The notes under the pieces are model-generated. The model ran no database searches. It was not told where the DNA came from and worked only from the letters and a program-made list of their open reading frames with translations. Below, in pieces: positions 57,880-64,000 of a stretch of DNA of 64,000 bases; within the stretch, counting starts at the first letter, position 1; each line of letters opens with the position of its first letter. The position numbers and the translations under genes are program-made. The stretch is from Eledone cirrhosa (Eukaryota): positions 359,600,001 to 359,664,000 of the forward strand of contig OZ024741.1 in NCBI GenBank assembly GCA_964016885.1, read 5' to 3'.

Positions 57880-59196
57880 CAGTAAGTTGTGGGGTCTATT
57901 CTGCATGAAGAACTCGATGTAATCCATATGTTGAAAATGTTGTAGGTTAAGATAAATCTCGGAAAACAATAAAACATTAAAAGGAAAACAGAGTCATGAT
58001 ATAAGTTAAAACAATGAAATAAAAAATCAAGTCATTAGAGATATACTTCACTGCTTTACGATCGTTTCTAGATGATGATAATACATTGTAGCTATACTCC
58101 GTTATTGATCTATGTAAGGTTAGTTACAAAATATCAGATAAAGAGAATATTTACTTACATGCATATCACCAGCTGTTTTCAAAAGCAATAATAATTTTAT
58201 TCAATAATAATTTTATTTCAGAATTAGTAGTATGTTAGTATCATGTCCTTATTTGGGGTTGGTTGAAGAACTAACAAATCAAATTGTTTTTTTTAATATG
58301 GTGTTAAGATGAAAAGTAATACACTTTAGTTGAGGTCATGACCCTTTGAAAGGAATGGTTGAATGGTGTTAATAGTAGAATTGGCATAAAAATCTATTAG
58401 GAGGAAAGGGATTGTCAAACCGATAGTTGAATGTATCTGGTATAGTGAAGTTTAAAAGGATGTCAAAATAAATGGTGATTAGTGTTGTATTGAGTTTTTA
58501 GGTGAATATAAATTAAGGGTATGGCTAGGAAAGATAGTATATTAAAAGATGAAAATTATAATAAGATAATGAAATACAGTAATGCGATAATATACAACTT
58601 AACCAACACAATATAGTACGGTGTGGTAAATTGCACTTAGTATAATTCAGCATATGATACGCTCTAAAATACTATCAAGTATGTTTATGCATAAATAATC
58701 AAACTCAGATAAATACATGTTGGCATAGTTAAAACACATAAATTTCATAGATTACAAAGTGCATATCTCCACACTATATATAGAGAGAGGTACAGTTATA
58801 TTGATATCCAACCAAAAATATACATATGCACAAATAGATGCAAACATAAATACACATTTACACATATGCACATAATCATATACACAAATATCCATACATA
58901 TCTATATCCACACATACACACCTATACCCACATATATACATATATATATATACACACATATACATACATATATATATATATATACATATACAAACATACA
59001 TATATATATATATATACACACACACACATATATATATATATGTGTGTGTATGTACACTCCTCATACATGTACACACACTCATATATAAACACTCATACAC
59101 CTATACTCACATATACACACAAACACACATATATATATATATACACACACACACACATACATAAACACATATATATACATATATACACATACATAA

Positions 59197-59227
<31 letters not shown>

Positions 59228-59399
59228 AATATATTTCTATATCATACATAGATATATATTTACTCATGCAATTATGGGTGGTTGTGTACCTTGTTGCCTT
59301 TAGTCATTAACGCATAAATCTAAGGAAGCTAAAACATTAAAAGGTAAAAAATAAGCATGAAGCATATAATTAGGGGAAAGGGGTACTAATAAATGTTAC

Positions 59400-60290
59400 T
59401 CTATATAGAATTATAGTGAGTTGCTATTTAGAATATTTAATTATGTTTATAGTATTTAATTAGGTTTATAGTATTTAAATGTTCTTCGTATACGGTGATT
59501 ACAAACTATGATCAGTTCCTGCCTTTTATTTAATAAATCGTCCTTAGATTTAGTAATTTCCAAGATCTCCCCTAATCTGCATTCCCTCCTGTTCCCAAGA
59601 TATGGAGTTCTTTGTAGAATGGTGTTCCACGATAACTTGAAATCTATTTTTTTCTTTTTATAATTATTTACCGCTTCAGCTAAAGATGTGGTGTTAGCTA
59701 GTTTAGTATTGTTGAAACTCATAGAGTGTGTGTAAAATCTTTTCTTAAATGTGTTTGATGTAGATCCTATATATGTTTTGTTGGAGTCTGTAGTAGACAC
59801 AGTGCATTTATATATTACATTATTAATCAAACAGTTGCCATTTAAGGGACAAATGCTTCTATTTCTGCAATTACAGCCATACGTAAGATGGTTGTTGGGA
59901 GTGCCTATACTATTCTCATTCATTTATCCTTGAGCTGTTCCTATTGTAATTAATGATAGCAGGAGAATGAAGGTTGCTTTGTGGGTGGTTTGGTGCTAGG
60001 GTTGTATTGTGATTTTGTGTTCTGTTGTTTTTGTGTTGGTGATTTGGGTGGTTGTGTTTTCTAGGTTGAAGGATTGTATTATTTGCCTTTTTAAAAGGTG
60101 CAGTCCTATTTAAATTATGTTGTGGTGGTGTAGTCATATTATTTTTAAGTTTATAAATGTTGTAGTTGCTTATTTTTTGCTGGAGATTGCTTGATGTAGA
60201 GTATGAGAATTTAACAGTATATTTGTTAAATATTTATTGTTATACTTGGGTAGGGTCATATTTGTGTAATGTTGCCAGAATTAATAACAG
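59400..60290 (-). mobile_element. Penelope-like element (Neptune-type) 3' part with GIY-YIG endonuclease
   Basis: ORF 59456-59923: GCNCRNRSICPLNGNCL..NVIYKC...YIGST...FKKRFYTH...LLNKRQEL..C.H; upstream linker IFNKYTVKFSYS at ~60200-60240. Confidence 0.85.
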
Positions 60291-60964
60291 AACACACTCA
60301 CTGTTTGGTTGGTTTTCGCTTTTCGCTTCTGTGTCTTTTATATCGGTTAATTTAATTTATTCGGTCCTCAATGTTGCCATTGACTGACCAACGGTCAAAA
60401 ATACAGATACAATATAGACACAAACACATATATATAGTTTATCAAAGTTCTTTCATTGCACATCTGCAACATCGTCAGTGGTGCTATTGTTTCCTCCCAT
60501 TGCATTGTATTTTCTACGCCATCTTTATTTAGTCTGTTTATATATTTATTTATTTGTTTGTTTTTTTTGTCTTCTTTGCGCATGCGTTTGCGTGTGTGTG
60601 TATAGTGTTTTGTTTGATGTGTGCTCATGATTGGGTGACTGTGTATTGGTTAATGTATTCTATCTTTACTAGTGTGTGTTTATATCTGTTTGTTGTTATT
60701 CTGCTTGTGTATGTATGTATTTATTTATTTATTTATCTATTTATTTATTTATTTATTTATACTTCTCTTAGGTCAGTGTTGTTTGTTTGGGTGTTGTTAT
60801 TCCATTCATTTTTTCTGTTTAGCCTTGGCCTTCTAAGTTCTATTTCACTGGCCTCTCTGATTTGTCTATCTGCTGGGTCATTTCTATGTTTAGATATTAT
60901 TCTAATTTCTATGTTGTCTATGTTACCGTCGTGTTGTTGTCTGGCATGTTCGTATAATAATAAT

Positions 60965-61010
<46 letters not shown>

Positions 61011-61295
61011 AAATATAGAGAAAAATACTGCAGGTAGCACATGGATAACATGTAATAAAATGAGTCCCTCATCAGTGATTTGCCGACGATCATCGATATT
61101 TCATTGCATTATATATATAAGTATGTACACGTACATACATATATGGATACAGACGTACAGTAGTATGTATATATATATACATACATGCACACATATATAT
61201 ATGTACGTATGGATTCACCGAACATTTATTATAATGCTCGGTGTGTTTGTAAACAAACATCCCGTATTAAGCTGTAGTGTCCAGCAACCATCGTT

Positions 61296-61382
61296 GTTCA
61301 ACACTGACAAAGGAACGCTGTACTAGTTTCAAGCTTATTAGCTATCGTCATCAACGTATACCTTCCTGCCAGATTGTTGAAC
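61296..61382 (-). ncRNA. Hammerhead copy with a mutated core (AUGACGA), probably inactive
   Basis: Reverse complement of the 62063-62149 motif, with C3 changed to A. Confidence 0.6.
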
Positions 61383-61680
61383 GTATATACTTACCTTATG
61401 CATATTAACGGCTGAGTAGCCCAATTTGCATATCGAGTAGGTTAATCGGCCGGATGCACCGAAAACGATAAACGGAAAAAATGAAAAAATGAAACGAAAT
61501 TTCATTTCCCACTCTTAGTAAGGCTGTTACTTAAATATAAGTATGTACACGTACATACATATATGTATACAGACGTACAGTAGTATGTATATATATATAC
61601 ATACATGCACACATATATATGTACGTATGGATTCACCGAACATTTATTATAATGCTCGGTGTGTTTGTAAACAAACATCC

Positions 61681-61721
61681 CGTTGCTGACGATAGCTAAT
61701 AAGCTTGAAACTAGTACAGCG
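61681..61721 (+). ncRNA. Minimal type I hammerhead (5' part of stem I truncated by the inversion)
   Basis: CGTTG-CTGACGA-tAGCTaataAGCTt-GAA-ACTAGT-A^CAGCG. Confidence 0.7.
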
Positions 61722-62062
61722 TTCCTTTGTCAGTGTTGAACAAACGAGCAACGATGGTTGCTGGACACTACGGCTTAATACAGGATGTTTGTTTACAAAC
61801 ACACCGAGCATTATTATAAATGTTCGGTGAATCCATACGTACATATATATATGTGTGCATGTATGTATATATATATACATACTATTGTACGTCTGTATAC
61901 ATATATGTATTTACGTGTACATACTTATATTTAAGTAAGAGTGAGAAATGAAATTTCGTTTCATTTTTTCCGTTTATCGTTTTCGGTGCACCCGGCCGAT
62001 TAACCCACTCGATATGCAAATTGGGCTACTTAGCCGTTAATATGCATAGGGTAAGTATATAC

Positions 62063-62149
62063 GTTCAACAATCTGGCAGGAAGGTATACGTTGCTGATGA
62101 TAGCTAATAAGCTTGAAACTAGTACAGCGTTCCTTTGTCAGTGTTGAAC
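62063..62149 (+). ncRNA. Type I hammerhead with palindromic stem III (ACUAGU) and long interrupted stem I
   Basis: ACGTTG-CTGATGA-tAGCTaataAGCTt-GAA-ACTAGT-A^CAGCGT; stem I continues AAGG/CCTT, CTGGCA/TGTCAG and GTTCAACA/TGTTGAAC. Confidence 0.8.
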
Positions 62150-62285
62150 AAACAAGCAACGATGGTTGCTCGACACTACGGCTTAATACGGGATGTTTGT
62201 TTACAAACACACCAAGCATTATAATAAATGTTCGGTGAATCCATACGTACATATATATATGTGTGCATGTATGTATAGAAGCTGG

Positions 62286-62625
62286 ATTCTTATAGAATTC
62301 CAGTAATAATCAGGAGCTGATTATACAGAGCGATTGCCGGTCCAGCAGAAATTAGGTATTAGGATTGGTGCTCTGAAATAGTGATGTATACATGAATGTA
62401 TGATATGTATAGTATGTTTGGCAATATACTGTATGTTCAATTAAAAATATTTTGAAGACAGGTAGTACGTGGCTCTGATGATTGCTAAACAGCATGAAAC
62501 AGACTGTTAGCTTCTCTCCCTTCTTTTGCCGAAAAGAAGTAAGTGACATAGTCACTACTTTAAAACCGATAGCATATGGTCTTCAAAATGTTCTTAATTA
62601 AACATACGGTATATTGCCAAATATG
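62286..62625. mobile_element. Diverged relative of the 317-bp unit, in two divergent pieces
   Basis: 62286-62459 matches the unit in plus orientation; 62461-62625 matches its reverse complement (GTCACTACTTTAAAAC...GGTCTTCAAAATG...TTAATTAA). Confidence 0.75.
62471..62512 (+). ncRNA. Type I hammerhead with canonical C3-G8 core, homologous to the U3-A8 copies
   Basis: GGCT-CTGATGA-tTGCTaaacAGCAt-GAA-ACAgacTGT-T^AGCT. Confidence 0.7.
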
Positions 62626-63689
62626 CAGATATGTCTGCTGGGCACACAAGCAATAGGACGAGTGTTTTTTCCTGCCAGCGACATATCAAACATATCGGGT
62701 ATTTCATCTGAGGATACCATTCTCATAATCAACAGCAAATGCATGAAGGGCATCTCAATTGAATCGAGAAATAATTATAATGATTAAACGATATATGTAA
62801 CCTCAGCATCTTATTTTGTTATTTTATAAAATTCTCCATCGTAACTAAAAACTACAATTGTTGAGAGCTTTCTCCTGCTTACTCCTGTTTTTACGAAAAC
62901 AACCTTTTCTGAATATATATATATACATGAGATAAAGGATATTCAGTAGAGGGTGAGAACAGATCTAATTCTGGCACCATTTTCTTTTTAACAAGAGGAA
63001 ACAAATTTTAATCTGACCTCGAAACAAAAACACCAACAGGAACAACACCACCACTAACAAAAATAAAAACAACAGCAACAACATCCAAAAATAGTTTTAA
63101 TCTATAACTAAATCTATGTTAATATGTCTTCTTCATTGACCTTTATCAGTTCTATTCTGGATCCATTTCCTTCCATCCTGAAATAATTTATTTCAACAAA
63201 AGAATAAGACAGTACTTGAGTGTATCATGTTTTGTTTTTTGTATTTTTGTTTAATTATTTCATCCTGTGCTGAGAACACACAATAGGACATGAATACTCA
63301 GGCATAGAAACTATGCCAAACATGGGTTGCGAGGACTCTTCTGTCACATTGAGAACATGACAACTTCCTTAGAGCTAGTGTCATAATATACACCCAGTAG
63401 TTTCTGTAGAATACTGATGTTAGAAAGGGAATCCAGCCAGAGAACCCATGTCAAATAAGGTGTGAGTGAATTCTTCAGTCATGTCAAAGACATGACAACT
63501 TCCTTAGTGCTGGTATAATAATAAAATACACCAAGTGCACTCTGTAAAATGGCTGGCATTAAAAAGGGCATCCAGCCATAGAACCCACAACAAAACCGCA
63601 TTGAGAAGACTGTATGTTTTATGGTTGCTCTCTCTTCATGGTGTGAACTCCTCAAGGTGGGAACTCATCTACCAATTACAATGATGAGT

Positions 63690-63983
63690 GTTCTAGTTGT
63701 TTGATCAACAGTACAGCCTAATCGTGAAATTTATGTGCAAAGTGGCTGAGTATTCCACAGACATATAAACCCTTAATGTAATTCTTAGGGAGATTCAACG
63801 TGACACAATGTGACAAGGCTGGCTCTTTGATTGACAGATTCAAATCTTTTTCTCCAGCTAAGTGAATTGGAACAACATGAAATAACATGTCTTTCTCAAG
63901 GACATAATGCACAGCAAGAAATCAAACTCACAACTTTACGATCATGAACCAAACGTCCTAACCACTATGCCACATGCCTTCAA
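63690..63983 (-). mobile_element. tRNA-derived SINE (head shared with family 2)
   Basis: Minus strand TGAAGGCATGTGGCATAGTGGTTAGGACG...GTGAGTTTGATT...CTTGAGAAAGACATGTTATTTCA. Confidence 0.65.
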
Positions 63984-64000
63984 AGAATCAGTACAAGAGA

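Larger units (their letters stand above)
61114..62277. mobile_element. Second retrozyme-like repeat: ~408-420-bp unit in tandem and inverted (divergent) arrangement
   Basis: ~1.35 units in one orientation (61114-61683) joined to ~1.45 units in the other (61681-62277); hammerhead cores at 61686 and 62094 are 408 bp apart. Confidence 0.8.

Noticed and set aside
58050-58125. GAAACGATCGTA (palindromic stem III-like) on the minus strand
   Set aside because: No recognisable CUGANGA or UUGANAA core upstream; at best a decayed remnant.
61040-61080. CTGATGAG on the minus strand
   Set aside because: A GAG/CTC stem follows, but there is no GAAA or stem III; not a hammerhead.

Overview
AT-rich, microsatellite-saturated eukaryotic DNA. 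The SINE/LINE repertoire looks cephalopod (Octopus-like); this is an inference. One host coding region is supported: an uninterrupted 388-aa type II membrane, glycosyltransferase-like ORF (16867-18033, minus). The rest is mostly mobile DNA. It includes several RTE-clade LINE families (a near-intact full-length BovB-like copy and a family with a PHD finger inside ORF2), Tx1/L1-like and CR1-like fragments, and Penelope-like GIY-YIG fragments. There are also tRNA-derived SINEs, MITEs, a probable non-autonomous Helitron, multi-kb (TA)n/(TACA)n arrays and a 200-N gap. The most striking signal is a set of non-coding repeats carrying type I hammerhead ribozyme folds. A 317-bp tandem array (48411-49532) has, in every full unit, a complete hammerhead with a compensatory U3-A8 core. 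A diverged relative of that unit carries the canonical C3-G8 core (62471-62512). A second, ~408-bp family has minimal hammerheads with a palindromic stem III (61114-62277), and two fold-back insertions each carry a hammerhead (20258-20386, 37567-37798). Together these look like a retrozyme / Penelope-dependent circular-RNA system. All folds were derived by eye and none has been tested. Most ORFs in the supplied track are microsatellite or antisense artefacts.
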